DNA of 63,614 nt, the filler included, from Klebsormidium nitens (lineage: Eukaryota; Plantae; Klebsormidiophyceae), in assembly GCA_000708835.1 (NCBI GenBank). It is 6 parts of 6 records of this genome, joined end to end, with 100 filler letters (N's around TTAATTAATTAA, not from the genome) between each part and the next. Parts side by side here need not be neighbours in the genome. Positions count along the whole stretch, not along the records: positions 8,815 to 31,016 come from DF237898.1; 5 more parts are not named here. One strand, given 5' to 3'. The translations under genes were made by a program, and so were the position numbers. The notes under the pieces are model-generated. The model saw only the letters and a program-made list of their open reading frames with translations, searched no databases and had not been told where the DNA came from. This document shows positions 12,800 to 24,100 of the stretch, one piece after another. Within the stretch, counting starts at the first letter, position 1. Every line of letters starts with the position of its first letter.

Positions 12800-13495
12800 G
12801 TATTGAAGAAAGCACCATTAATTAGTACACGGTCATATTCGTTGTTTGGAAGCAGGATACAAAACAAGTAATTGTGATGGGTGCAGACCAAGGGTTTCAT
12901 AGGCCTTGCACTTCCCTCTATGGTTGAAGGCGTGTTCAAATAGTTGCAACAAGAAAAGGGCTCAAGTACGTCAAGTGCAAGCTTGATTCCTTTATATTGT
13001 TGCTATGATGCACAACCCTGACATACACTAAAACATGCAACTGCTAACATACATACACAACATGCAAGCGGCTGGACAATTCAAATGATTGAAACAAGCC
13101 ATGTCAACATGTCGAGTATGTAGTAAGACCATGCCATATACTCGGCATACACATTCTCACTCCTCCCATTATGTGCGACTGTTCAGAAGAAAAATGTAAC
13201 AGGAAGTAGTATAACTCCCACATTGGGGCCAACTGTGTAAGCGTAAACATATATAACAAGACCATCACAGAGATTTTTGCGCAGATTTTCGCTTTTATCC
13301 TGTTATTTACGTACTCAGGAACAAAGGGTACCTGTAATCGCGAGTGCTCGGGTGGATCAAGGCAATACCGTACAATGTGCGTACGCACCAGCTTTAAATT
13401 TCGACCCCGGTTCGGTGCCTAGTGCCCCTGCAACTATATTTAGGTCCGAGGGAGGCTGACATGGCAGCCTCTCAGTGGCCCAATTGTAATATGAC

Positions 13496-13662
13496 GGTCG
13501 ATTCTACATTAAATGAGGTCTATATAAAATAAGCTCCAACTAACACTAAAACTCTAATCCAAACATCTACTCACCCGCATCCACCTTAACCCCCAAACTA
13601 ACCCCACCCGTCACAGGCTGGGGAGCTTGTTTCATATGGAGCTTATTCTATACAGATTCGAC
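13496..13662. mobile_element. Small foldback (MITE-like) element with a C/A-rich telomere-like core
   Basis: Imperfect inverted arms (ggtcgattct..aataagctcc / ggagcttatt..agattcgacc); core ccaccttaacccccaaactaaccccacccgt recurs near 32360-32410. Confidence 0.55.
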
Positions 13663-14811
13663 CGCGATAACTTCAATGCCGAAATTGCCTGGGCCGGGGG
13701 TTACCCGTGGCGGCCATCGCGCGGCTGCTTTTTGTGGTGAAGTTCATTTGGTTTGCTGCGCCTTGTCGCTAACGTTACCGTCTCTCAGCTTTCTCAGCTT
13801 GCGAGCTTGTTTCTGTGGCTTTTGAAATTTGTATGCTGGAGACCAGGCTTGTGACCCGGGAACGCTTTACTGCGGTAACGGTGTACATACGGACCCCTAC
13901 CGGCTCATTGCTTATGCCGAAAGGGCCGATATCTGGGTGCCCGGTACATTGACCTGGCTGGGTTGGGTGGGAATGCAAGGTCGCGCCAACTGCACCGTTG
14001 GGCTTACTCGCGGGCGGCCGCCAGGCCGCGCCCCGCTGGCGGCCGCCGCTAGTCAACTTAGCAAGGTTTCAAGGTTTCGCAAGAATCAATCTGGGTTAAC
14101 TTCAGTGCGGTTAAAATTGCAGGGTTACAATCAATTACAGAAAAACTGTAGGCAGCGCCAGGATCTCGATATGCGCACGTTCCAAACGAAACGTTAAACT
14201 TCGCGGTTAACGTGACGTCTCCAAATCCAAGTGCTAGGGTTTCCATGCACTGTAGTGCTCATGCAGAGAATCTGCTTTTCCTGATGGAAAGAAACAGATG
14301 GTGTCTTTCGGTATAGCCCAGATGGTTTCTTGCGGTCTTGAGCTCCATTGTAGCATTTCGGCATCCTAGTACTCGATTGAAAACGGCCTGAAGACAGGTG
14401 GTGGTTTGCTGGAGCTGCATTGTTGCTCATGTGTACTTGGTCAGGGCTTGTTGAGCGAGGGGGGCCACAAGTCATATTATGAGAATCTTCGGTGCAGAAG
14501 GGTATATGCAAGGAGATATGGAACAACTCTCTGTAAGGGGGATATGAGAAACTTAAAATCCCATCCGCGTTGCATGCATCCCTTGGCAAAGCTGCATCCA
14601 TGCTGCAATCAAAGTTTGCACTAGTCCCAGGCTTGGAGTGCAGGCCCTACAGAAGTCAGAGGACCCAAAGAGAAGATCTCATCTGCGGTGATTGTCTAGT
14701 TGCATGAAGCTCTTTCCAAATTAGGTGAGAAGCTTCTAAGGATGCCTGCTGACCCGCCTACAATACAACCAGCTTCAATCACCAGAAACAAATCAAAGCC
14801 GTGCGTCGCAG

Positions 14812-17800
14812 CTATTAGATGGATTTGAAGATGGCGGAATCCAGGAGGTGGTGTTGGAGCAGGTTGAGTGCGGTTGGGACATGCCCGCGGACGCAACGCG
14901 GCTGCTTCGGCGCAGAACTCAAAATCTGGCAGCCCACTGGGCCCCAGCGGAGCATCAAGCCAGCTTCTCGACCAGCACAGGATCCAGGTGAGGAAAGCAG
15001 GGCAAAGAAAGCAAAGTATAGGAGGGGGACAAGGTTTATAGAGTTGGTGGGAAGATACAGAGTTAAGGAAAAGGGAAGAAAATTACACTCAGTCAGATGG
15101 TAAGACTTCATATGAAGAGGTTTCGGCAAGTCCTGCTTGATCGCAACTAATTCTTGTTGACGTTGTAAACCGCGGCATGTGGGAGGCTGACCGTATACAG
15201 CGTTCATTCCTGCTCATCCTCCCTCCAGAGATTGCAAAGCACAGGATGGACTGGTTGCAGTCCTTGTCCCTTGAATGCTCCTCAGCATCAGCCACATCAA
15301 ACACTCTTGACAGATGGCTGGCCAGCGGCAGTCTGGCCCGCCTGATTAATTGGATGACAAAATGGGTATGGGTGCGTGTATTGCCATAGAAAGCTTTCAA
15401 TGCAGGCTCGGTTGTGGTTCGCGGCTGCGATGCGCAATTCATCCCATCCCCATTCAGCATTCTTTCAACCTGTTCTTCGGACTCATGTCCTGTCCTCTTG
15501 TTCTTCCCAGGCGCCAAACGCAGCATAGCACAGCGGGTCAGGCTCGTGGGAAAAGACATATCAGTGGGCGCGAGCAGGTTAGTGAGGCTGACACCGACTC
15601 TTACATATGCTTCATTCAAGCGACTTATCGTCGGGTTCAAGGCTTGGCACCTTCCAAGGTCAAACTGCAGTGAGTTTGATTTCCCAGATTGCCCAGCTTT
15701 CGTGCGCCTCAGAAGGAGACATGATGAATTGCTCCCCGGGCTCAAAGATTCCCTTGATGTGGCCACAAGACGCCGTCTGGTAGGAACATTTTCAAGAACT
15801 GGTTGATTTCTGCTGCGGCGATAGGCGAGTCCCAGAAATGTTCCACACGGAGAACCCTCCTTAATCCAGCTTTTCCTTAAGTCAGTTCGCTCATGCTATC
15901 GAGCCTTGGGCGGCTTGGCCGCTGTGCTCATGCCAATGGGATGACATTGACCAGGTTCACGTGGCCGCTCAAAACAGCGCACCCTTTACTTTGGACAATC
16001 ATACGCTTTTCAACTTTTTTCACGTCCCACAGGTCGACTCCAAACGACTGGGATCCGACGAGCCTGCACATATTTGTGGAGAGCCGCGCGTGGCGAGTGC
16101 AGCCGGGATAATAGCGGCCGCTACACGAGAGTACGACCACGATGTGCACATCGCGCAAATACTTAGGTGAGGAGTACTTCTGCACAAGTCGTGACGTCTT
16201 CAATATCTGGGCGTGTCATCGAGTCTTCCTTCCAATGCTTCCAAGAGTACTCAGAGATACAAGAGTGTCGCTGCTGCGCGCCTCACGCCCAGAATGAGGA
16301 TCATCTCGCTTCTGTGTGTATTGGGACTTGGGTCTTTGGGGCTTTTATTACGTATTTCTTTAAGGTGCGGGAGGGCACAGAAACAGCTGTACATTTATGC
16401 ACCTCGAGCTGAAATTTAGAGCAAGGATTTGGTTGGATCTTAGGGGTTTTCCTGGTTTCGTTCGGTGTTTTTGGGCTCATTCTTCTATGCCGGATATTAT
16501 CTATGCCGGATATTAGGAGCAGCTGGACAAGGACAACAACTTTGCGCAGCTCGAGCGGATATTCGGCGTGAGGGTCATGCTGGCTGTCGGATGTCGCCAA
16601 TTGAATCTACCAGCGCTCTTTCTAATCTCTTTGTCCATGCAGTGTCGTAGAAATGACCTGTAGGCGTCTCGCTCGCTCTCGTCATTCGTCCTTCCAACCT
16701 TACAGCTTCAAGCGCCTTCCGACAACAGACCACGACCGTGTCCGGCCCTTCCGGCTGCTACTATGGAATTTAACACTCGCCTGTCACCCATGTCTATCCT
16801 CTCTGATCTTTCCTCCTAAAATTGTCAGGCTTTGCTGCAGATGACATGAAGGAGCACCACCCCCGGCGTTTATGGCGCGTTCCGGCTGCGGCTGACTGAG
16901 TTGCGGCTGGAGAGGGAGTGCCACGTGGCACTCCAAGAGGAGCGTCAGGGCGTCCCCAAGCTGGCGGGCTCGCACACGAAGAGTGACGTCACAGTCCGGG
17001 GCCACCTGTCGGCCGTTGAGACTACCTCCCTAAACAGAAGTCGCGGGCTCCACAGGCGCTGAGGAATCCTTCGAGAAGATGAAAGGGTTGCGGAGTCAAA
17101 TCCCGACACATGGCGGGGCCTGTGCTCGGGAAAGAGCTTCGGCCGCTGGATTCGAGGATTGGTCGGAGGCTCAAAGCCACCGCAGCGCAAGAGCGCGACC
17201 GAGAGGGGCGGCGAGACATGGGGGGGGCGCGGGCGAAGGCCGCGAGAAGGGCGCCGGAGAGCAGCGAGATGCGCGCGCGTGCGCCCGGACTGCAAACCGG
17301 GGCGCGAGCGAGACATGGGCGAACGTGGACGCACGACCGGAAGCAGAGACGGGCGCGGGAACGCCTCAAGCGGACGACATCAGTCGGAAGATGGCGTGCA
17401 CGGCTTGCACGTGGGAAACGCGCTGGCGAAACTACACGAGGTGGGCTCCGCTTCCTGGTCGCCGCTTGTTAGCCCCCAGTTTCAGCAACTTTCTCTACCT
17501 TCTGCACCCGGTCCTGATTGTTCTCGAACGTTCTATCTTCGCGGGAGGTTCCCGTCGTCATTTAAAACGCTTCAATATTACAAAACCGCAATTCTCGAAC
17601 ACGACAACACGAGCCTGTGTAGGACGACGCGGTCAACACCACTATCCCACCGCGCCTCCTACGAACAAAAGGCTTTGCAACTCTTGTACGCTGTGCGTTT
17701 GTCGCGTTCACACCCGTTCACCAGAAAGAAACGAAGTCCGGTTGAGCTAGAGGAGTGGTGGGTCAAGCTGGGCTTGCAGACTGTGACGCCAGCAGGGGTA

Positions 17801-18444
17801 CGAACACTCGGGCAAGCTGTGAAGTAGGACATGGAGTCCGCCCCCGGATTGCTGGCAATGGCGACCCGGTTCATGCCACTGCTCAAATTCTCCCTAAAAG
17901 TGTGCAGATTCTGACGTCAGCAAAGTCCGACTGTTCCGTTCCGTTGTGACGTTAGCCGACAGTGTTCCGTTCCGGTAGTGAGGGACGACTTGGAGTCTGC
18001 GCAGGGGCTGCTGGCGATGGCAAAGAGGGTGAAGTTTAATCTAGGAAAGATGTGACGTCAAGTAAGCTTCGCATTTTCAGACTGGACGTCAGCAGAACTT
18101 TGATTATCTTTCAGGTTGTGAAGGACGACTTGGAAGCCCGCGCCGGGGCTGCTGGCGTTGGCAAAGAGGGTGAAGTTTTACGTTAAGGTGACGTCAGAAA
18201 AGCTTCGCATTTCCAAATTGAGACGTCAGCAGACTTTCGTTATCCTTTTAGGTTGTGAAAGATGACACGGAGTCCGCGCCAGGCTGCCGGGTTCATGCTG
18301 CGGAAGCAGTCGCCACAGACAAAAACAGTCTGAAGCGCATCCAGCAGATTGGGCTACTCTGCGGAGAACCGCGACGAACTAGAGCGGGGCTGGCTCAGGC
18401 CAGCTGACGTGTCCATCCGCGAGGGGAAGCACGACGCGGCGCAG
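14812..18444 (+). CDS. Unassigned multi-exon hypothetical gene or pseudogene (one or more)
   Basis: Several short AG..GT-bounded protein-like segments, e.g. EIAKHRMDWLQSLSLEC..LINWMTKW, EQLDKDNNFAQLERIFG, SEDGVHGLHVGNALAKLHE, LGYSAENRDELERGWLRP; full model not resolved. Confidence 0.3.
17816..18297 (+). repeat. About four tandem 137-140 bp units containing micro-exon-like DDLESAxGLLA(M/L)AKR segments and TGACGTCA motifs
   Basis: Units begin at about 17816, 17975, 18115 and 18252. Confidence 0.8.
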
Positions 18445-18541
18445 GTGGGAATACGCTCTTGGTGCAGACTCGGAAAATCATCCCTCAGGGGCAAGAAGCT
18501 CCGTAAGAAGGGTAGAGACGCTTTCTTTTGGCGCACAGGGA

Positions 18542-18605
18542 GGTGGCACGTTTAGAATGGATACTGCGCTGCTGGTGGCACGTTTAGAATGGATACTGCG
18601 CTGCT
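18542..18605. repeat. Perfect 32-bp direct tandem duplication
   Basis: ggtggcacgtttagaatggatactgcgctgct x2. Confidence 0.95.
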
Positions 18606-19859
18606 GGCGCATACTTTGACTGCTTTTTGGTTTGCTGTGCTTTTCCCTTGTCTTAATCGATCTGACACCCCATTAACAGGGGAAACGCTCTTCAGAGGGC
18701 GTAGTTCAATTGACTCATGACCACAGACCCAAGTAAAGAGAATCTTCGGACGACGGTGCCTGCCCTGCTGTACACGGACCCCGTTCTGGAATTTGATCCA
18801 TCTTTGTGAAGAGCCGAGCTCTGTGGTCAACCGCTTGGAAGGTGGTTTCTTTGAACCCTGAGGTTTAGAGCTTGGCCCAATATTCTGCAGTAATTTTGGA
18901 GCTCGATCTTGGAATAAACAAACTGCATCTTCCTTTCGCAATCTACCACGTCACTTCAGCACTCCTAACATGTAGCCTAAAGCTGCACCCAAACTTTGAA
19001 GAAAGACCCATTCTTGATTCTCGGCGACTCGACTTGTATCCATAATATGGACTCGCTTTGCCCTCTTCAACTACTAAGATCTGGTAAGCTCTTAACTTCG
19101 CGCTTTCACTGAACGACAGCATCAGATTCTTCAGAGTTTCTTCTCTCCATGTTGAAGTCTTTCCTCTGAGTATTCGTACTACTCTGTAACCTTCAATGAA
19201 GTTATATTCGATTGTGGGTATTAAACGTCTTGGTCGTTTCTCTACAGGACGGAAATTCAGGACGTGCTCGACAATTTTTCAGCATCGCGAGGTGTTACGT
19301 AGGTTGTACGTGCCACAGGGCCGCGGCCGCGCTCTGCCTCAAAAGGCTGTAGAAAAGAAAAACGTGAGGACTACAGTACTTTTGTTTCGAAATACCGTCC
19401 GCATAGCACGAAACTAGTAGTTTGTATAATGGTTCTTTCGAGCTGCACCTTGTCACGGTTTGCGTTCAAAAGAAGGTTTTTATACTCAGGCTTCTTCCAT
19501 CCAGCTTGCCGCTGACAGTGATCATGAGCAACGATGCTTTTCTCCTGCAAACAAAGACTAAGCGGCTGGATGACGGGCCGCCAAGCTGACTCAACATTGA
19601 GAATCTCGCTCAAGCATTGTGTCATTCTTCAATCACTTCCGTGCCGATCTTGGATCCGTAAGCCTGCGTACGTGGAAGAGCATGCAGAATGCTTCTTGTC
19701 CGATCTCGTTCGAAGTCTGCACTATGCTGTGGAAGTTCCGCGCTTCTCGAATCCTGCCCCTTCCCTCGATGTTCCAAGGATATTACTCTATTACGTCGTT
19801 CCTTGCTCAAAAGCGACCAATGTTTGCGGCCAGCTCTTAAGTACCAGTTGACCAGGATG

Positions 19860-20155
19860 ACATAAACCGTGGCCCTGTATATTGCAACTGACCCGGGACA
19901 TATACAAACCGGGCCCCGGTTGCCAGACACACACGCCGGTTGCACAAGTCTGGGATCGGTTTTCGTATAGCGGGGCCCGGTTCGTCCAAAGCAGTCCCCA
20001 CAACAGATACCGAGGCCTGGTTTGCACAAACTGGGCCTTGGAAAGTACAGCAACCGGGGCCGACCCGGTTCCTGCTTTCCCAGGCGGCCTTTGAGCTCAG
20101 ACACCCGTGCCAAACCGGTCAATTATCGGGGCGCCCAACAGGGGCGCCCCGGTTG
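19860..20155. mobile_element. Hairpin-rich non-coding element (AACCGGG..CCCGGTT palindromes)
   Basis: aaccgggccccggtt, aaccggggccgacccggtt and ggggcgccc-aacag-gggcgcccc hairpins clustered in 300 bp. Confidence 0.45.
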
Positions 20156-21113
20156 GACGCCACAATTCGCGTCCTATCCTCCGTGAAGAACACTTCTTTG
20201 TCAGCGGCCACCACGGTCTGTTCGAAACTCACAAGCGACTGGGAGACCGGCGTGCAATATTGGTCCGTTAGATTCACTTCAATCGCATATTTGGCCAGTC
20301 TGAGATGGCTTCGTACTCTTTCATGTTTCAAGGCTTTTAAGATTCTTCCAATCTAAGAAACGCATCTTGTGAGATTGCAATCTCATATGCAATCCCTGAC
20401 GGCGCTGGTTTTGAAACTGAGCGCGACCTCAAAGCTGCTAGACTATGAGTTCGTTGTGATCTGACTTTCGTTGCTTTGGTGTCTCGCACGAGAACTACGG
20501 AGAGCCGATGCTCGGGGCGACAATTTGATCGAGGGTGTGAATAAAGTGAAATTTCTTGTGGCCGGGCAAAGAGAAAAGGCTGCCAAAGCCAACGTTGTAA
20601 AACGCAATGGATCTGTTCAAATTCTGTTGAGAACGCGTCTTCCAATTGTCAATACCGCCTAGGTTGTATGTCATCAATCATTACCCCGGGATTTACTTTT
20701 GGTGGCTGTAAACCATTTGCTTCTCGTTGCAAAGACAGAAACATAGCAGGCATCTGGTCGCTTCAGATGCCTCGAACTCTGGCGGACGAATAAGACTCGA
20801 CGAACTCCCTCGGATCAATCCGAGGCCGCAAAAGCCGCAAAGAGTCTCGTGCACAAGCTAAGACTCGAAACTCGGCATTCAAGCCGCTGGAAAATCGTTC
20901 CAGTGGTCTGTTCGCATTGTCATGCTAATCTCCCTTTGAATTTTCAAGACTCAAAAGCTTGAATACAGTTTGGCATAAGGGAATTTTGCGCATGACCACC
21001 TTTCCTGTTCTCCATTCCCTTTTCTATCCATTCTCCTTTGAACTTCCTTACGCCGCAAGCAAGGCGCCACTGAGTTCCTACCCGTCTGCAGCCTCCGCGA
21101 CTTGCTTGCAAAG

Positions 21114-24100
21114 ATGGTGGCGAAGTCGTCCCTGATTGGCCTCTTCGGCCTACTCTGCCTTGTTCTGCATAGTGCGAAGGTAAGTGAATGTCGAGCAGGT
21201 TGTCCTAGTTTTTCCCAAGGCTTTGAAAAAGGGGACTTACTTCTGACGCTTGTGTTCTTTGCTTCTAGCTTTGGCTTTCTTATGTGACCCAGATGCTCTC
21301 CGATTTGCGTTCTTGTCTAGTTGTGTGTATAACGACTTCCAGCCAGTGACTCAAGTATGATAGTTGGCAGTTGAGTAAGTGATCATCAGTTTGTCTAGAC
21401 GCGTCAAAACTGCTGTATGTGTTGGCAGGATACACAGAATTCCCACATGGGCCACCCAAAATATCTATCTCTTATTGCGCTGCCTGTCGCTGCCTTTCAA
21501 AGCGCGGGTGTTCTTAAGAATCAAAGTTCTTGACATTTGAAACTAGCTCTTTTCAAAAGGTGGGCTGTATGGCACCACTTGCCGAAACGTCGAAGCTGGG
21601 AATGGTATCATTTCATGCAGTATGAAGCAGCCGATTCGGCCGTCGATGTCGAAGATTGAGTGCTTTTCGTGTCTGCCTCTGCTTTCTGCACGAAACGCAA
21701 TAAGGAAGCACTGACGTTTGCCCATCCATATTCAGGTTTTTGCAGTCGCTTTGAAGGAGGACTCCGGTTCCGTCGTGTTGGTGACGGAACCCCGGTTCCG
21801 CGGCGAAAGTATCGCGGTTGCCCACCGAAAGCTGATGCAGACTGCGTCACCTGCAACGCAGGCGCCAGGTGGGTGCAAAACACAAAATCATGGACTCGGA
21901 TAAGCGACTGTCTTCAAGGGTTATCAAGAAACCTTCAAAATTAAGTAATCCGACAAAGGACTTTGAATGATCTAATCTCCAAAGTAAGGAAGACAGACTC
22001 GGGGCTCTGAGAGGGATGTTCAGCTATCTGAACCCAATCCGACTCTTAGAACTGGCCAATGAAGTCTCGTTCGTGTTCTAGAATGTGGTTCTTGGTCCAA
22101 AGACCGAAGCTCGAAAGCACGTACGTCTCGAGCCGAAAGTTATTATATCAAGCGCAAATCTGATTTTTTCAATTTCGGTCTCAGAATTTTTTCGGTCTAA
22201 CTTGAAGCAAAGTCTCTGAGTCCGGATGCTGACTTCGAGTTCCTCGCGCTTATTTCCGGTTCAACATTGTAACGGCAGGTGCGGTTGCGTCCATGTGCGC
22301 ACCTACCGACCGGTCCTTGAACCCGCTGACCCGCGTCTACTGTTCCTACAACGTGACGATCGGCGGGGCCCCCGTTAAGACATTGACGGTCTGCACGTAC
22401 AATGCAACCGGTGCTCTCCTCGCGGTTCCCGCGGCCACTATCTCTGGAGGGGCTCCACGGATACCCCCGTTTTCCTGCCCAGGTGAGAATGGGCGCCGTT
22501 CCTCATACAAACGAGTCTCAGAACTCGTTTTGGCCTGTTGTAAATGCTCCCCGACCGGCTTCATTACACTTTGCTAGAAGAACAAGCTAGAGGTGCTACA
22601 GCGAGGCGGAAGTAGGGGAACTCGGCTTTTAAAGGAGTACAGAACGTTCAAAAGTTGTCCAGAAGCCCATTCATTGAAGTAGAACGGAGAAAGTTTGTGA
22701 ACATCTAAGACACTTCGCAATGAACGTTAGATCCTTTCAGTTCATCCAGAAATTGCAAAAACCTCCATCAATCTTTTCACGAAATCAAGTATTGCTATAT
22801 GAATCGGAGGCTATTGAGACTCTAAAGGGCTAGCTTACAGAACTTGAACATACAGAGGGATTCTGCATGACGCTGTGGCCCTAATCAGTCTTTGCAGTGC
22901 CACTTGTAGCAGAGATGCAAGTACTCAAGGTTCGTTTGCTTCTTCGATGACATTCTTATGGTGATCATCCATGGGCTGTTAGATCTTCCTACTTTTCTAG
23001 ACAACGTTGAATCCATATCACTAGCAATTGCAAGTAATCTGCTTCTGTATTGGAAAATCCATGGCCAGTGAAAAGTGCAAAAGTCGGATTTGTTTCTGGC
23101 TTACTGGCAGGCAATGTCGTCCCCAACTCTTGCCCCGCGTCGATTCAGCGGAACTTTGCAAACGCGAGCATTTTCTACCAGCAATATCTTTGCGTGTACG
23201 CTGTCAACGCATCAACCGCAGCTTCAACATTGTGTGGTTACGTCGCAACTGGCGCATCAAACGGGATGACCCCCCCCAACTGTCCAAGTGAGCGGCTATT
23301 TGCGAGCACCAGATCAAGTTGCGGCCCTGCAAGTTGTGTGAGCTACCAAGCACGGCCATTTTTGGCCACGAGGGAGCACAGCAAGATCGAAAAATGAATT
23401 GGTTAAGGCTACTCCGTACTTTGGCGTGGCTTCGTAGGATATCCGTTATCAGATTGATTCCAAAAATGGTTTTGAAATCCGGGCTCTTCGCTTTCAACAA
23501 AGACTGATGCAGGCCGATCGAATACAAAACACGTAGCCGTCGTTTCTGCTCAAGCCCGGTTATCCCACTCTATATGGCTGAGCTTATCCAATCTATTCCC
23601 GATAAATGAGTCGATTGAAGCCGAGCCCCGTACTGCTTCAGCTTACATAAAGAACTGGGTCCAGTGCCCATACCTCAAAAAGAACGAGAAAACGTTTGCG
23701 TAGCTCTTGCTAAAAAACTTAAGGATCTATTAGCTAGGTGCACCTTTTCCTTCATCAAGCAAACGTCATTTATATCTTTTCTGCAGGTGCTCCGACGCCC
23801 ATATGCCCTGTCATAAATGTAACCTCGAACCCGTTGACGCGATTGGCATGTCTGTACGGGGTCCAACAGAGTGTCCCAAGCGTTAGAACTGTGTACGCGG
23901 ATTGTTTCTACAATACAACCGGTGCCCTCCAGCCGCTGGTGTCGCGAGTAGATGATCCGAATATTGTCTCCTGCCCGGGTGAGCTGTAACGACTCGAACA
24001 CATTCCTTTTCATTTTTCGGGATGGATTCGGCTCTTTAGAGATGGGAAGTTAAGGCAAAGAAACGCGATATGCGATCACTGACTGCGAGGCTCTCCAACC

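Noticed and set aside
16484-16515. 16-bp tandem duplication tctatgccggatatta, and the (GTAAAC)n run near 3647
   Set aside because: Ordinary slippage repeats with no further structure
17816-18297. CRISPR-like interpretation of the tandem repeats here and at 7324-7680
   Set aside because: Eukaryotic context, degenerate units without unique spacers, and no cas genes
21300-21510. Possible extra exons (CVYNDFQPVTQ; YCAACRC) in intron 1 of the Cys-rich gene
   Set aside because: Phases are incompatible, and exon 1 splices cleanly in phase 0 to 21736
21660-21944. Cys-containing frame FCSRFEGG..CPPKADADCVTC
   Set aside because: The overlapping frame (..HRKLMQ..) fits both flanking phases, so this one is a shadow
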